Positions 1-15,074 of a stretch of DNA of 64,000 nucleotides are shown here, one piece after another. Position numbers and translations under genes: made by a program. Source of the stretch: Pseudovirgaria hyperparasitica. Taxonomy: Eukaryota. Each line of letters starts with the position of its first letter. Position 1 is the stretch's first letter. Location of the stretch: the NCBI GenBank assembly GCA_010093815.1, contig ML996570.1, one strand, 5' to 3'. A model generated the notes under the pieces. That model was given only the letters and a program-made list of their open reading frames with translations, was not told the DNA's origin and ran no database searches.

Positions 1-468
1 AGACAAGCTACGCCACTCATGAATGTGCTGTGATTATACACGAGATCCCCGCATCCGTCCTTTAGGCCCTGAATGCGCACCTTACTCATTCGCTACACAA
101 GACTTCAATGTTGTAGTGTCATGTGCTGGAAACAAGACGCGAGAGCTCACCATGTTGCGCATCTTTCGCCTTTGGCTAGTCAGCGCAGCTAATAGTGGAA
201 GGCACGTTCGATACTTGCCGCTGGCGACCTGACAGAGGTGCGGAACATTGACCTACCTATGAGTTAGATGAGCGAATTTTTGAGTTATCCTTCCCGTGAT
301 AGCTGGCCTGTATAATATGTACGTTCATCATTACTGAAACGACAGAAAAAATATTATGAAGCACACGACTTAGGATGTATCTAACCCTACCGAGTTCGTG
401 TGTATTAGAGATCTCGTCGGTATTCTCCCACTAAGCAGACTGTCCTCTCTTATATGCCCGTGTGCTAT

Positions 469-1368
469 CTACACATAATCACACACGACCCCACTACTTC
501 CACTCACGGCACAACTCGTCAACACTGTGCCACTCTGTTTGATATCCAGTATACTAGCCCCCGTCACCCCAACCGTTGCACTTCCAGTGCTCGCACTCGC
601 GCCCGTGAACTCCACCTTCCCGAAATCCGCAAACGGGACCAGACCCCCGCTGCTGCTAAAGTCCTCGACGATCCATTCAGCATTTGTCTCACAGAGATGC
701 GCGGACTGCGCGGTGAACGTGTGCGTGACAGTCTTGCCGGTGGACTCGTTTGTGACGGTGGCGCTGCCGCCGGACACCGAGGACGCGGTGACGGTCATGG
801 TGATGGTGTTGCCGGCAGAGATGGGGATAGAGGCAAAATTATAGGCGTAGTCTGGATACCATTCGTACCAGGCGTCGAAGCTGACAGTGCCTGTGGTGGT
901 TCCTCAGCATTCTGACAGTTTGAGGGGTATTGGTGTGCTTATGGATGGCTTGTTGAAGTGGGCTAATAACTTACTGCCTTGGACATAGAAATCTACACCC
1001 GTCTGCAGGATTGACGTGCTACATGTGTCTCCATCGATTCCGACCCATGCGGACGCGGCGTACTCGGTTTTGGACGAGCCGCCAGAGGGGATACTGGGTG
1101 TGGGCACGACGATAGTGCCGGTGACGGACTTATAGCCCGTTCCGATGAGCACAGCGCCGGCCCAGTTGGTAGAGTATTCGGCGTGGGTAGTGTTTACTGG
1201 GATGCCGACATGAGTGCTGTCGAGAGTGGTCTCGACAACAGGAATTGGGGGATTGGATTGGCGTTGAGCAGCTCGTTTGAGATGGCGATCGCGGCGTTGG
1301 GAAGTGAAGGGGGCAGCGAAAGCCGGGACAGTACACAGGATGGTTGTCAGAGGGGTGGAAAGTTTCAT
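469..1368 (-). CDS. Secreted glutamic peptidase, family G1 (aspergillopepsin II / scytalidoglutamic peptidase-like); 2 exons, intron 891-974
   Basis: ATG at 1368 gives a signal peptide (MKLSTPLTTILC). G1 motifs YSTNWAGAV, ASAWVGIDG, ILQTG (catalytic Q), AWYEWYP and NAEWIVEDF (catalytic E). A GTAAGT..CAG intron joins VQG-S-TVSFDAWYEW in frame. Confidence 0.95.
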
Positions 1369-3018
1369 GGTGATGGTACTGGGTAATGAATGTATGATCG
1401 GATGGGCGGTATGGCTTTGATATACGTTGTTTGGGGAGCTGGAAGTGTGAGGGTTGAGACTGAGAGGGAGCGAAGGAATATATGGGGTTATATAGACATG
1501 TTGAGAGATAGTATTGATACCGGACAACGCTTCACTGTAAGCTGTCCTATCGCGCGTCGCCAAGGGGATCATAGTAGAAGGAGAGATTGTGATATCGAAA
1601 GGATATGCGATACAACCCTAGCCCATATTCTGGGAGATGGATCATGCACCTACCTTTTCGAGAATCAACATGCCAACACTGGAGGATCACAGTTTCTAGC
1701 GAGATCCTCGGGCCCCATGTGATCCGATGTATTGCTGTATATACGGGATCGCTCAAAGACATGCAGGACGCGCTTTGTTGGTCCCTGTCGAGGATGAGGT
1801 CGGGGTGTGCAAATGGTTCAATGATAATGTTCCAGCTGGGATCTTGCCATATATTGTGGTCTAAGGATAAATAAGTGTTCGAGTGGCCTGGTGGTAGTAT
1901 TAGATATGGCGTGGCAAACAACTCGCGACCTGTGCCACTCAGCGAGGCTATCCGTGCCATGAGTGGTTGGACTGTCCATATCTCTTTCTGCAATATTCTT
2001 GGTACAGCCCTTTGAACATGACGTGAAACCCAGATCCCTAGCTGTCAAGTGACTCGTTTCGGCACACGAGATGGCATAGGTTGGGATTGTGTTTGACTGA
2101 AGTAGGCTGCATTCGTGGACTCAGTCTAAGTATGCAATGATCCATACAAGTTCCAGACGATCAATTCCCCAAAGACAACTTTGAGTGCTCATGGCTAGCC
2201 AATCTTCTGCATGCACGAGACGAGAAGTCGTCGTGAACCTGGTTACCCTTGTCAACAAGATACGCGCCGAGCCACATGAAGCTTTCACAAGCATTGCTTG
2301 TTCACCAGAATGATGGCAGTCTCCTCCCATGGTATGAGATAAGCTTTTATAAGACCAATCTTGTTGTTAGCCAGACGAATAGAGTAGATGATCAGGCGAG
2401 GACTATAAGCGAGGCAGGGACGTGGTGCTTAAGAGATAAGGCCGATATAGCAAGTTTCCTATTCCAGCTGGACTCCCGTAGGCCCTAGGTGTTTTGCCAT
2501 CTTTTCCAACCATGGAAAGCGAGTTCGCGATGGAGTATAGGTCTGGAGCTTCCAACACACTTTTGAGAGGACATATACTAGTTTAGCACACGCAGAGAAA
2601 CAAGAATCGTCTATTCAGACCTTACCAGCATGGTTTGATATTGTTCTCAATCTTGAGAGGACATGCATCTGGATTTAATGGAAGAACTCAATAACCAACG
2701 AAATATCGTTCAGAGTCGCCACGTGAACGATCGACTTTGAACTACCCAGGTGATCTGAGAAGTTGTTGATAGACAAGCTTCACACGGTATTAAAGTAGGG
2801 AACGTGACGAGCATCGCTTTGTAACATGACATTCAAATTGGCGAAAGGAAAACAACAGCGAATTCTGGAGAGCTGAAGTTTCACTTGGTTTGGACTTAAT
2901 TTTCTGGTAGTACTTCGATCACGTGATATTGTCCCTCCTTAGCTCGGGCTGAACTAAGCGGCATGTGCAGAAGCCATCAAGGTCCTCTCCCAATCCACGA
3001 CTCTCTTGACACCTCAAT

Positions 3019-4377
3019 ATGAAGGGTACATGGTTGTTAAGCTCCCTGGTGGGCATCTCCCCAGTCCTTGGAAGATTGTCTTCGCTAGATGAGCACCAAT
3101 TACTCCCATATCATGAGGTCAGCCACGAAGCTCAAGCTGCCCAGGTACCTGTGAACGAGCTTCACAAATCTAACGCACATATCCCATTGCTTGACACAGC
3201 TTTCCGCGAGAAACTGTTAGACCTGCACAAGCATCTTGTCGAGATTGAGTCTGTGTCTGGGAACGAGCTGATGGTCGGAAAATGGTTATGGAGATATCTC
3301 ATCAACAATGGCTTCTCGGTCGAGAGACAGGAGGTTGAGAAGGATCGATATAATATTTACGCATGGGGTGGAAACGAGGATGAGAAGGACGATGTAGAGG
3401 TGATCTTGACAAGCCATATCGATACGGTACGTGCGATTCGACGGCCATTGCTTCTTGTCTAATGCCACCAGGTCCCACCATTCATCCCATACAGCATTAT
3501 CGACAACGGTACATCGATTGCTGGTCGAGGATCTGTCGATGCGAAGGGTAGTGTTGCTACTCAGATCACCGCCGTATTGTCCCTCCTTGCAGAAGACAGT
3601 ATCCCACGTTCCAAGATCGGCCTGCTCTACGTGGTCGGGGAAGAAGTCAACGCAGCTGGGATGAGATTTTTTTCGTCTTCTCCATTGAATAAGAAAAATT
3701 ACACTGCCGTAATATTTGGAGAACCAACTGAGGAGAAGCTTTGCAGTGGTCATAAGGGTAACTTCAGGCTCGTAATCGACGTACAAGGAAGAGCTGCCCA
3801 TAGCGGCTACCCCTGGCTTGGACTCAGTGCCAATGATGTGCTCGTTGAGGCGCTCAGCATCATCAAGGGGCTAGAGTCTGGTCAAGGAGACGGTCTGCCA
3901 TGGGATGAGGACATGGGAAACACAACGGTAAATATTGGAAAGGTGGAAGGAGGTGTTGCTGCGAACGTTGTGGCAGAACATGCAACAGCTGAACTACTCT
4001 TTCGCGTTGCAGCTTCTACGCCTGAGAAGATTGCAGCTAGTGTTGAGCATGCCCTCAAGGATGTGATCAAATATACTAGAAGTAACGGCGGAAACTTTAC
4101 TCTCGACACCAGTGGGAAAGGCTCCATCCCGGTACACTTGGATTGCGACATCGATGGCTTTGAGTGTTTTGGAGTCAATTACGGCACAGACATTCCTCAC
4201 ATGGAGCTGAGTCAGCAGACCAAGAGATATCTCTATGGACCTGGCAGCATTTTCGTCGCCCATGCAGCGAACGAGGCGGTCAAGATCAAGGATCTTGAAC
4301 AGGCCGTATTGGATTACAAGCAGATCCTATATGGCATTTTCGACAAAGAGCAGATGAAAGGCAGGCTCGAGTTGTAA
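3019..4377 (+). CDS. M20-family metallopeptidase / ArgE-like, probably secreted; intron 3427-3471
   Basis: Hydrophobic N-terminus. Motifs SHIDTV, GRGSVDAKG, VGEE, FGEPT, AAHSG and a C-terminal AH. GTACGT..CTAAT..CAG intron restores the frame. Confidence 0.9.
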
Positions 4378-5139
4378 TCGTCGCGCTGGCACCAACCGTA
4401 GCACGTCCCTGGGGGTACAGCACCAACAGAGATCTTGGTGGGGTGACGATATCCCGCAATTGAATCTGGAGAACCCCAACCCGGGATTAATATACGCGTA
4501 CTCAGTCAGCGTTCGCGTCTGCAGAAGTTCAGACAGGGTTTGCTGGTCAGAGTGTCATCCTTTGCTGGAGAAAATTGACGATGACTTGTCAACAAACCAT
4601 GCGGAGACGAACGGAATGAGTGAGGGGTGAGGTAATGTTCTCGGGCTAGAAGCTGGGGAGGCTTCTGTAAGCCAATCAGTGCCGCGACTGTTGCTGAATA
4701 AACTGGAGCCGCGTTTGTTGGTGCGCCAGCTTCATTGTACCATTTTCCCATTGTCCCGCATTGTTTTCTTTGGCCCAGCCCGCTTGACCATGTTGAGCAC
4801 TGCAACTCCATTCATTCTTCTTAGGCCGATGATGATTGCGGTATTTGATTTGTTCAGCCAGGCTGCTTTTCGGTGAACCAGCCGCCGGTTTTGGCCGTCT
4901 GGTGGGCTGCTTAGAGAGCTCTGGTGGGGCAAACACCGACAGGGCCTGAGTATCGGGTACTGTAGATTGGAATACCCCTCCAACGCTGCCCCTTCGTCAT
5001 AAGAAACCCAGCTCCCCACCCACCATCAGGGCACACTTCAAATTTTCATCTCCTCGTCCTCTTCATCTCTCTTCATCCTTTCCATCCTTTATCTTAGGCA
5101 GCGTCTTCGTCAATCAATTGTCGAATCCATTCAAGCTGA

Positions 5140-5961
<822 letters not shown>

Positions 5962-6289
5962 AAGATCACATGTGTTTCGCAATGAGAAAAGGGATATATG
6001 CATCAAAGGCTGAATCATGTCTTACTGGGTTGTACTGAGATACCATGAAGTAGCACAAAAGACAAATGAGAGCCAAGTTCAGTATATGCCTCCTCTAACC
6101 AGTGCTCCTCTGTCTGCCTTACTTTTAACTTTACTGGTCGTAGTAAAAAGTGTAAATGAAGAACTCTTATGTGTTGTGTAACAGAAGATACATTGTAACC
6201 TTAACACAACACATGTGATCCAGTCAAGGAATAACATAGATTCCTTCCGCGAAGGCACTCTACATATCGAGGCTCAAACGCCCAGCCGC

Positions 6290-7740
6290 CGTTAGATAGA
6301 TCAATTATGACATATAACAATATTCTATAGAAAATTACTTCTGCAGTAGAGTTATACTATTGAGATCCTATTAATCTAGTAAAGAAGACTATACTATTTG
6401 CTTTTTGGATTAGAAGGATATCTTAGATAGTAATCAAGTATTACTTTTGTAGATAGATATAGCTTTATAGATCTTATCTGTCCGAGACATATATAATTAG
6501 AAGTCGTGTCCCTAGAATAGCTATCAAGGAATAGAAACCTTTATCTTCTATCTATACATAGAACTACCTTATAGTTACTTAGTGTGGTTTGATGAGATTT
6601 CAATATAGAGATAATTAATAGTGTTTCTCGCTCATTATGAGTGCTCGACTTCAGGGAACTTACCTCCAGGCTACCATACCTGTACTAACTGTGGTGTGAT
6701 GGTAGCAACTGCTGCACGCTTCACATAGCGCAGATACAACTCGGTAGCTGTCTGTCGAGCCTTCAGTGTATTAGCAATGAATGTACTCTAGCGAGGTGTC
6801 CACACGAGCATCCTACTAATCATTCCCTGCCTATCTTGTCTACCATCTAAATGGCTTTCTTTGTATGGATCGCTTATAACTTTTATCCGGCACGCTAAAG
6901 CAGATGGTTTCGTATGTCCTTCCGCAGTAATAGGTTTATTCCTAATCTGTCTAAGTGGCCGTCAACGCGGACGAAAGCCCCATAAGTCATAACACGGGCC
7001 AATACACTAAAGGGAGCCGCCTCCAATTCAACGCGTTTCCGGGAACGAAGACATCAATCTTAAAAACCTAAATAAGCGTATTGCTACGTTTTTGAGCCCG
7101 AGGAACAAGGTGACATAGAACCTGAATTGTTGTTGCCAGCTGGTGAATATTTGTAGGGGGATTTCAAGGATTTAGAAGGCTCAGAATGCCGCAGGTGGCG
7201 TAGGTATAGAGTAAGCAAGCACTTCCTTCACTTGCTTACGTAGAACCCAATAATCTTGGCACATAAAATGCCAACTATTCTTCCTCTTTTGATATTACGG
7301 CTAGATCATATAAGAATCATCAGGCCTTATGATTAGGCATTAAACTTCATATATGGGCTTGGTAGCTCTGTAAAGTCTACGTGCTACAATTATAATAGAT
7401 ATGTCACGATAAGTTATAGTAACGATTTAATAAAAAGTATCAATCACAACCAAGAAGTAAAGTTACGTCTGGAGATACTAGTGCCTCTTATGAACGAGGC
7501 GTACGTAGTCTACCACATTATACTACTCACGTGTTCTAAGCAAGACTAGCAACGCGATGTCCTAGTTCGTAATGTAATAAATTATATTGTATATCTCCTT
7601 CCTTTCTCTGGAGATGACTCAATGCTAGAAACACTAGAATACTTAAAAAGCTAATATATGATATGTTAGAAAGGTAGTAAAGGAATCCAAAAGCGGCTTC
7701 TAGTAGTAACCCTAACTCTTTTGCACAACTCCTAGCCCAG
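6290..7740. repeat. AT/TpA-rich degenerate tract, probable RIP-mutated repeat relic
   Basis: No ORF of 60 aa or more from 6018 to 7833. Visibly TpA/TAG-rich, strongest at 6290-6620 and 7350-7720. Confidence 0.55.
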
Positions 7741-8601
7741 CCTCCTTACAGGGGTGAAACACGCCACACCCGTCGCCGATGCTGATCACCATACGTCCAC
7801 CCGCCAAGCCGCGCCACGAACCCACACACCAACTACCCCCTGCTGCACATCATCATTTCGAAATCCCATGGTAGCGTAAGTGAACACATCAGCACTTCGC
7901 CGCCAAGATGTCGCTGGCTACACAATACATATACACCCGCCTCCGGCAGGCTGCTCCATTCTTGTGCATTTGCTCTGCAATACGTGTTGGCTTTGGTGAT
8001 CGCAAACGTGTATGTCCGCATACGTCATTGAGAGCGCGGCATGAATGTCCTCGGATTTTAGGCCTATTCTTCGCTGCTTGTAGTTTTGATCAGTGCACCT
8101 GAGTGCGCACGTCGTAGACCAGCTGGCTGATAGGGTGCGTGCTGGGAGTTGAAGGCGATATCACATGTCCGATTCGAAAGGTTGCAAGGTGCGTTGCCGC
8201 CAAAGTCATTGCCCTCGAGCCTTAGAAAGGAATCCAAACGTGTTTAGTGAGCGACATGTATGAGCCAGAGACCACTCGTACCGAGGACAGGCTCGTTGTG
8301 ACGGACCAGATATGAGCAAGAAGCCACGAATAATGCTGAGAGAGAACTGACTATTTCTTCTATCTACTTATTCTATCCCCCTACAAATGTGAAATGAAAG
8401 GTGTATATGCCAGGATCGCTAATGATCAGATGAACTGCTCAACCGACTGTCCCTGACAGCGTCTTCCTCGGGCTATGCATGCGCTATGCGAAGAATGAAC
8501 CAAGTGCGTCGCTAATACCAGATCAGTCGGTAAAATTGAATAATCTATGTGGATATCTGAAAAATAAGAAACAAAACCGAGACGTTCAGCGAATATGCCC
8601 T

Positions 8602-10060
8602 CTAGTCTTCAACGTCCTCGTCCCGACCAGGCCAAAGGATATGATTCTTGAGGATTGCGCGGATTTGGAATGACACAATGATGAGCCACATAAGAACGAT
8701 GACTACCGTCATTGAGTTTCCGACGTATCTAATTGCCTCGTTGTCCAATGCGTTGCCAATGCTGATGGTCGCAATGGTAAAGCCAGTGTTTGGGAATACA
8801 CATGCCCACATCCCAAGATGGAAGAATTTAGGTGGCTGAATGGCGACGGCTATGACAGTTATACAGAAGAACCAGAAAGCCAAGAGCCACAGAGAGATGG
8901 CGCATAGGGTCGCGACAGTCCGAAATAGAGATGGGTCCACAGGATTACCCAGGATGTAGATATCATCCGGTATCGCTTTCGACATACCGATAAGAGCGAG
9001 AGCAGTGAAAGATGGAGGACCAACGCCAATGAATAAAGCCGCTCGATGCTCGCGATTAGGTAGTCCAACCTGCATCAAACGGCCGATAAGGTGGGCGTAC
9101 ATGAGAATAGCAACCCAGAAGCCCAGACCTTGTGCTGCTAGACCAGAAACAAGCATGGGAAGTCGCATCGACACGGGCTGGTCGATGGCAATGATCGAGG
9201 CAATGGTGCCAGAAAGCATGCTCGGGAAGATTGGCAACAACCACGACGGCATCATCTTGGTCAAGTGATAGTCGTGCCCGGCGAAGAGGTAAGCGTACTG
9301 TGCGATCGCTAAGCAGAACGTTGCTACATAGTAGACCCAGTACGCAAGAGCAATGCTCATAAGCAGCCAAGTTGACGCAGGACTTTCGCCCCCAGCACGA
9401 GAAGGTATAACAATGAACCTGTGAGTCCCTGAGATGATAGTTGCGATTGTGAGGAAGAATGTTGGGACGAAAAGGCCTTCTCTTTCATGCCGGATGGAGT
9501 TCATAAGGTCGCCCGGGTGCGCTATGAAGCGCACGATAAGCGTTATGGTGACTCCAGCAAAGATGGTCAGGTTCAGGCCGTAGAAGAAGACACCAATCTC
9601 GAACAGGCCAGGAAAACTGTGAGGCTGACCCTCTAACAGCGTAGCAATACCACCTGTGCTCATAGTCAAAGTATACCTAGATTAGAATCAGAAATCTTCA
9701 TTTAATGATACTTCAATGTAGGAAGATATACCATGCCCACGTAAAATGATGGATCCTGTCTTTGGCGGAGAGACCAGCGAAGGGACCACTTGAGTCTACA
9801 CTGTTGTTTCTGGAGCTGTCCGAGTCGTGGTGATCTTGCTTTTCGACATCCAGAGATCGAGGAGTCGATTTATTGGGCATTGATGATCTCCGCGATGGTA
9901 CAGGTGTTGGCTCTGTACTAGAGTAGACAGCATTGGATCTTCCTGGTGGTTGGCGGTGTGGTAGATATGATTGATCCTGGTCGCTCGTGGTCATCGAAGA
10001 CGGTTGGTATAGTGGCTTCTCCGACTCAGTCGGCGAGACTGCTCTCGAACAATCCATCAT
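8602..10060 (-). CDS. mae1: C4-dicarboxylate/malic acid transporter (TDT/SLAC1 family, Mae1-like); intron 9677-9731
   Basis: Spliced HFTWAW-YTLTMSTGG signature; PSWLLPIFP, FIGVGPPSFT, WACVFPNTG; C-terminal ILWPGRDED; about 10 hydrophobic segments. Confidence 0.9.
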
Positions 10061-13000
10061 GTGCGCGAGTCTACTTGTCTTGCTCTATGAACGGGGGTTT
10101 AGTCGATACTAATGTAGAGAACGGTTTTTCAATGTATGTGTATAAAGTGATAAACTATGAGGTTCGAGTGAACAATGAGTGTAGTGAAGATGTTACGAAT
10201 GTGGGGGTAATGAATGTGGGAATTAGGAGTATATAAATGCTCCAGAATGGCAAATCGACAAAGAAAGACGGAGGGTTTAGAAAAGATGGCGATGATGCGT
10301 GGGCCATGTCGCCTCTAGTACACCATGCTCATATATGCATTGGTACAATGCAAGGTTTGGAGATCCCGACCATTTCCTAAATATGCCAAGACTACTCGGA
10401 GGAAGCTTTGTGTCTTGTCCAGCGGCGGCGAGCGCAAGGAGTTTGATTTAGAATTCGCCTAGCGCCAGTATCGAGCCCATCCTCTCGTGCCCCCCCTTAA
10501 AATCTTAAATTGTGCTCAGGAAGAAGCAGTAAGAAGGCCTCAATTGACTGCATTTGACCGAACGAGCATCTGTTCTTCGATAAAGCATATGAAGAGGAAT
10601 CATCATCGGGTGTCCAAGGCGGCATTCGCGATCACAGTACTATGAAATTCTGAGGTGTGGGCGTACGTGGACGTGGCTATTTCCTACGTCGATCTTGGGT
10701 AGGCGCCAAGCTGCGATAAATGACATTTGAATGCATAAGAGTATTAGTTGTGCATGTCCATTGATAGATCTGCGGCTTTTGAACGACTCGAAACGACATG
10801 AGCAATAGGCGTGTACGACGCCCGTGGGTACGAGCGGGGCGGAGGGGATCAAAGCGTCTATAAGCGGGCCTCTCTTAGGTATGTATTATGATTTGGGCAT
10901 CAAATGTAGAGAGGAAAGCTCAAGCAAATTGGTACTCTTATAACATGATCATATTCTAGCAATTCAGATCATATGAATGCGATAGAGTCACCTTTCTGTC
11001 AGCAGACCCATGTATGCGAATGTTGTTTGGTGTATAACAATGTAAGGGTCTATAAAAAAAATAACGAAGTAGGAGATACCGGCATGTCTTGACTGTGGAA
11101 GTGGCTGTTGTGGCTGTTGCTATCCGAATCCATTCCCGTCTATGTTAAACATAGCAGGCCAAGACGCCAAGAAGTAGGCGGCAGTCAACAGTGGACACCC
11201 GCCATCGCCCTGTACCTACCACGGGGCCGCCGTCCGCCCGCTTCCTTCTTGGAACCCATGTACCACCACCACTCAACAACCCTCAACGAGTCAACAGCAT
11301 GTCATTGTCTCATTGCCGCCACACGGGTCCGTAGCAGCCGTGAAGCCGCCACACTCTTCAAACGTCAAAAGTGGGTAATAGATAACTTGGCGTGCCAGAC
11401 ATGTCAGGGAATAGTATCCTATACCAAGTGCATTCCTGCTTGGACCGCGCTTCCCTGGGCCACGGTCGACCAAACTTCGCAGGGCCACAAAGCATCATCT
11501 TGTAACGTCTCTATAGACTAGGAAGAAGTATATGGCCGCATCTGATCAGAGCTTGAGCTCCGTGATCCAGAATAGAGTTAATGGAGCAGCTGAAGCCGCC
11601 ATCCTTATCAGAACTCACACCATTCATGACGCCTCGGCCCGAGTCACTTAGCTCACCCTTGAGTTCTCCGTCAAAGAGCAGAGCGCCAACCTCATATGGT
11701 AATACAGCAATCGATCACACCAAGGTACCCATCGCTATACAAAGAGGTGGAAAAAATCTTCAATCCCGATTGATAATTAATTGACGCATTGCTAAAAAAA
11801 AAAACAGCATAGACACAGCCCTAACATCAAACAGTGTACTATCATTCAGGGTAATTAGTATCCATCTGTCAACCTTTCTCCAAGCTCCAGCGTGATCGAC
11901 ATAGCCTACATGCGTATCTCGCCAGGAAACTTAAACTCAGTCACACCTATATGTGTTGCGCGGGTGGTTTGAAGACCTCCTTTAGACACCACTTTTTTGA
12001 GACTCCCAGTGATACAGATACTTTGATGTGACCCTCCACGCCGGACGATCTTCAGTTCCTTCAAGGTGGAGTTCATAACACTTCACATATACATCATAGA
12101 ATTCAAAGCTTCGACGCAAGATCTGCCAGTCTAGCAAAGTATCATCCCTAAGAGCATTCCATGTATGTCTTAATCATAATATATGTGTACAACTGGAGCT
12201 ATGACAATGTCGGACTCCAAGATGTTTGACTTCCACTGTATGTTTTGATGGATCAGCCAGACTAACTCATCTGTAGATATGAGCTCTTCTCAACACTAGT
12301 AATCTTTAAGCTTGATCCTGGAGCCACACGGCGAGATGAGCCCACGGTAGGATTTATGTTGGGCACTGGGAGCATCCTCACGAGCCAGTGATCCCAGCAA
12401 CAGCACGGCGACGCAACACAGCTCACAGCTATCGCTACAGAGATTTACACAGTGAATCTGCTCATTTTGGCTATTTGACAGAGTCCTTCAATCTTATGTT
12501 ACGCTAAGAAATTGACACTATGTGATAGCAGAGTGATAGTACAGTATTGCATATTTATTTGGACCACCGGTGACGGTCCGAAAAGACGACACTGTTGATG
12601 AGGGGAGGACTAGCATATTGTCATACTCGCTTGTATCACTGACATGTGATTCCAACCCTACCGTTGCTGCATTAGAGAACATGTATAAAAGTCTAATTAG
12701 CTGACATAGATGTATAGCCCTGTTTCGAATGAAAGCCAAGTTCATAAGTATACATCGCTTCAAGAGGCAGTGCTGTTGTGAGCCTAAATCCTCGCGTGTA
12801 GAACCATACTCCAGTTCTATATATAAGTCTACTCAATGGACTGTGCTAATCAGATGTACTATACTATGGAAAGCCAGTCCATCTAGCAATTGAAGTACGC
12901 ACCGCTACCAATGCTGCCTCAGACCACGCTCCAGCGCTAAGCTAAGCTTAGTGCATACACACTGAGATAAGCTAGGATGGTACGCCTATCGTTCGAAATT

Positions 13001-13845
13001 TCGCCGAGGGCCATAGTATGACTTGCGGCGCACTTCATACTCCAGTCATAATGCGGTGGTCTGAGATCTCAAGATATACGAATGCAAAGTGTGTTTGTAA
13101 CTTATTCAACAAAGCCCCTATCAAGAACGCAAAAGTTCGCCGAGGCTAGCCAGCACATGTGCGGTGTGAACATCCGTGGCATCGGACGATCCTTGTAAGT
13201 ACGAACACTATGTCTCCACCCGAAAACTGGAATCTTCGCTGCACTTGTCTCAACATTCTGATAAGATCAACTCCCGTCTCTACGTCCTTCGATCGTATTC
13301 CATCAAGGATATCAACACCCCACCATAGCCCCAATTTCCTCGCCTGGACACATCCACCCTTCCCGGCCCGTCAAACTATCGCCAGCAACGGTCATAGCAA
13401 TCCACAACGACCCATTCCTGTCCCCACCGCCTGCATTAACTGACCAGGTTCCGCCACGCGCTAACCAATATATGGAGCTGCTTGAAGGCAGCCGGATGTC
13501 TTGAAACCCGTCCTGTTCAAGATTAACCACTGTGTACTGTAGTACGCTTCGGTCCTCAAGGACAGAATCCAGTTCGCTCAATTGGCGATAGAATCGATAC
13601 CGAGACTGGTAGTTTGGGCATATGTCGACGAAAAGGTGTATACTGGGGTGAGCTGGGGCTTGTTGGTATGATGATAGGGTATAGCAGAGAGATCTCTATG
13701 GTGATTCCGGTCGTACTGGACTGTGAGTGATGAAAATCAGGCTTGATCAATATGTTTCTCAGTCTTGTGGCGTCGTGAAGAAACTTGGACTCGCTTTGCT
13801 TGGCATCAATGACGGAGACGTTGGCGATGCCTCCAAGAAGTCCGT

Positions 13846-14721
13846 CTACACGCGAAGTGTCTTGCGAACATCAAAAACTCGAGGCTTTGTCTGCCTAGAC
13901 TTGCTCGAGCGTGTCGTCTCTATGCTACCTGGTAGAACATATCCGCGCTGATTGCTAAACAATCGCACCCCAGAACGAACGAAATCTGTGGTATAGTGAG
14001 TGTGGCCAAAAATCCACACGCCCACATTCCTCCAAGCTTCACGGTCAGAGATGAGATCGGTTGCGAAAGCCGAACTCCAGGGATTCTGCTCATGGTTCGG
14101 ATGAGATGTCCCGCACATCGAAGGTGCGTGATGGGTCACGACTAAAGCCGTCCGTGTTCGGCTCCGCTGACTGGATACTGGATTGGTCTCGTTCATTGAG
14201 GATACTGCTCTCTTTAGCCAGGTGTAATCAGACTCAAAAGCTTTGTTGTGGTCTTCAACAGTCCAGTCGCAAATCTTCTGGAAATCTTTCACGCGTGATT
14301 GAACTACTTGCATTGATTCTTCAGGAATTTTCGACCAAAGTGTACAGCCTAATATGGTGACTGCGGAGTTGGGTACATCAAAACAGGCCTGATGGAGGAT
14401 GACAAGCTTGCAATCCAGTATTGGCTCATCCTGAAGTTTCTGGGCCTGCTCTAAGCCCGCCGCATACGACAATCCATAAAATTCATGATTGCCAAGGACA
14501 AGAAATATCTTTTCGAATCTGGCTTTATGAACTTTCAGGAATTCGAGATAAGGTTCATAGTCGATGAGTCGTCCAATGTCGCCACCAAGTATAAGATACG
14601 GCGCTTGCGATATGATGTTATATGTGCTGTATTGCTGGCCGATTTCGAGATGCAAGTCTGAGACAACTTGGAACGTTGGTGATAATGACTTGGGTAGCAA
14701 GTACCGGAGAAGTTTGTTCAT
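13846..14721 (-). CDS. Calcineurin-like metallophosphoesterase
   Basis: Full motif set SDLHLE, GGDIG, LGNHEFY, THHAP and FGHTH. First ATG is at 14721 (the ORF-track start at 14742 is a GTG). Confidence 0.9.
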   Translation of the reverse strand: MNKLLRYLLPKSLSPTFQVVSDLHLEIGQQYSTYNIISQAPYLILGGDIGRLIDYEPYLEFLKVHKARFEKIFLVLGNHEFYGLSYAAGLEQAQKLQDEPILDCKLVILHQACFDVPNSAVTILGCTLWSKIPEESMQVVQSRVKDFQKICDWTVEDHNKAFESDYTWLKRAVSSMNETNPVSSQRSRTRTALVVTHHAPSMCGTSHPNHEQNPWSSAFATDLISDREAWRNVGVWIFGHTHYTTDFVRSGVRLFSNQRGYVLPGSIETTRSSKSRQTKPRVFDVRKTLRV

Positions 14722-15074
14722 GCTCGCGTTCTGTGGAGCCACTAGCCCTCGCTATAAGCGTGAGCTTCTGTAATCCAGTTTCGAGTTGTATCCGCACCCG
14801 AAGAACTGATGTGATCAATGAACGACGTGAAGTGGCAATCAAGAGTTCAAAATTGTGATGGCAACAATCACAAGCCGCTCAGACGTCTGTTGTGACTTTT
14901 ACGCGACGAACGAAGACATGGTGCTTGGCATTACACGTGACACCCTTGGACCCTTGCTTCAGCCACCCACTTGCAGGTGGATTGTAACCGCTCCCTTCGT
15001 AGTACCTTGAGGAGACTTTCGACCTAATCCGCACGAGCATCGTCAGAGCACATCACTGTTCGCGCTGTTCCGAC

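Noticed and set aside
11800..13750. Possible decayed gene(s) beside the phosphoesterase
   Set aside because: The frames I read at 13140-13750 (-) and near 12 kb (+) have multiple stops and no recognisable family.
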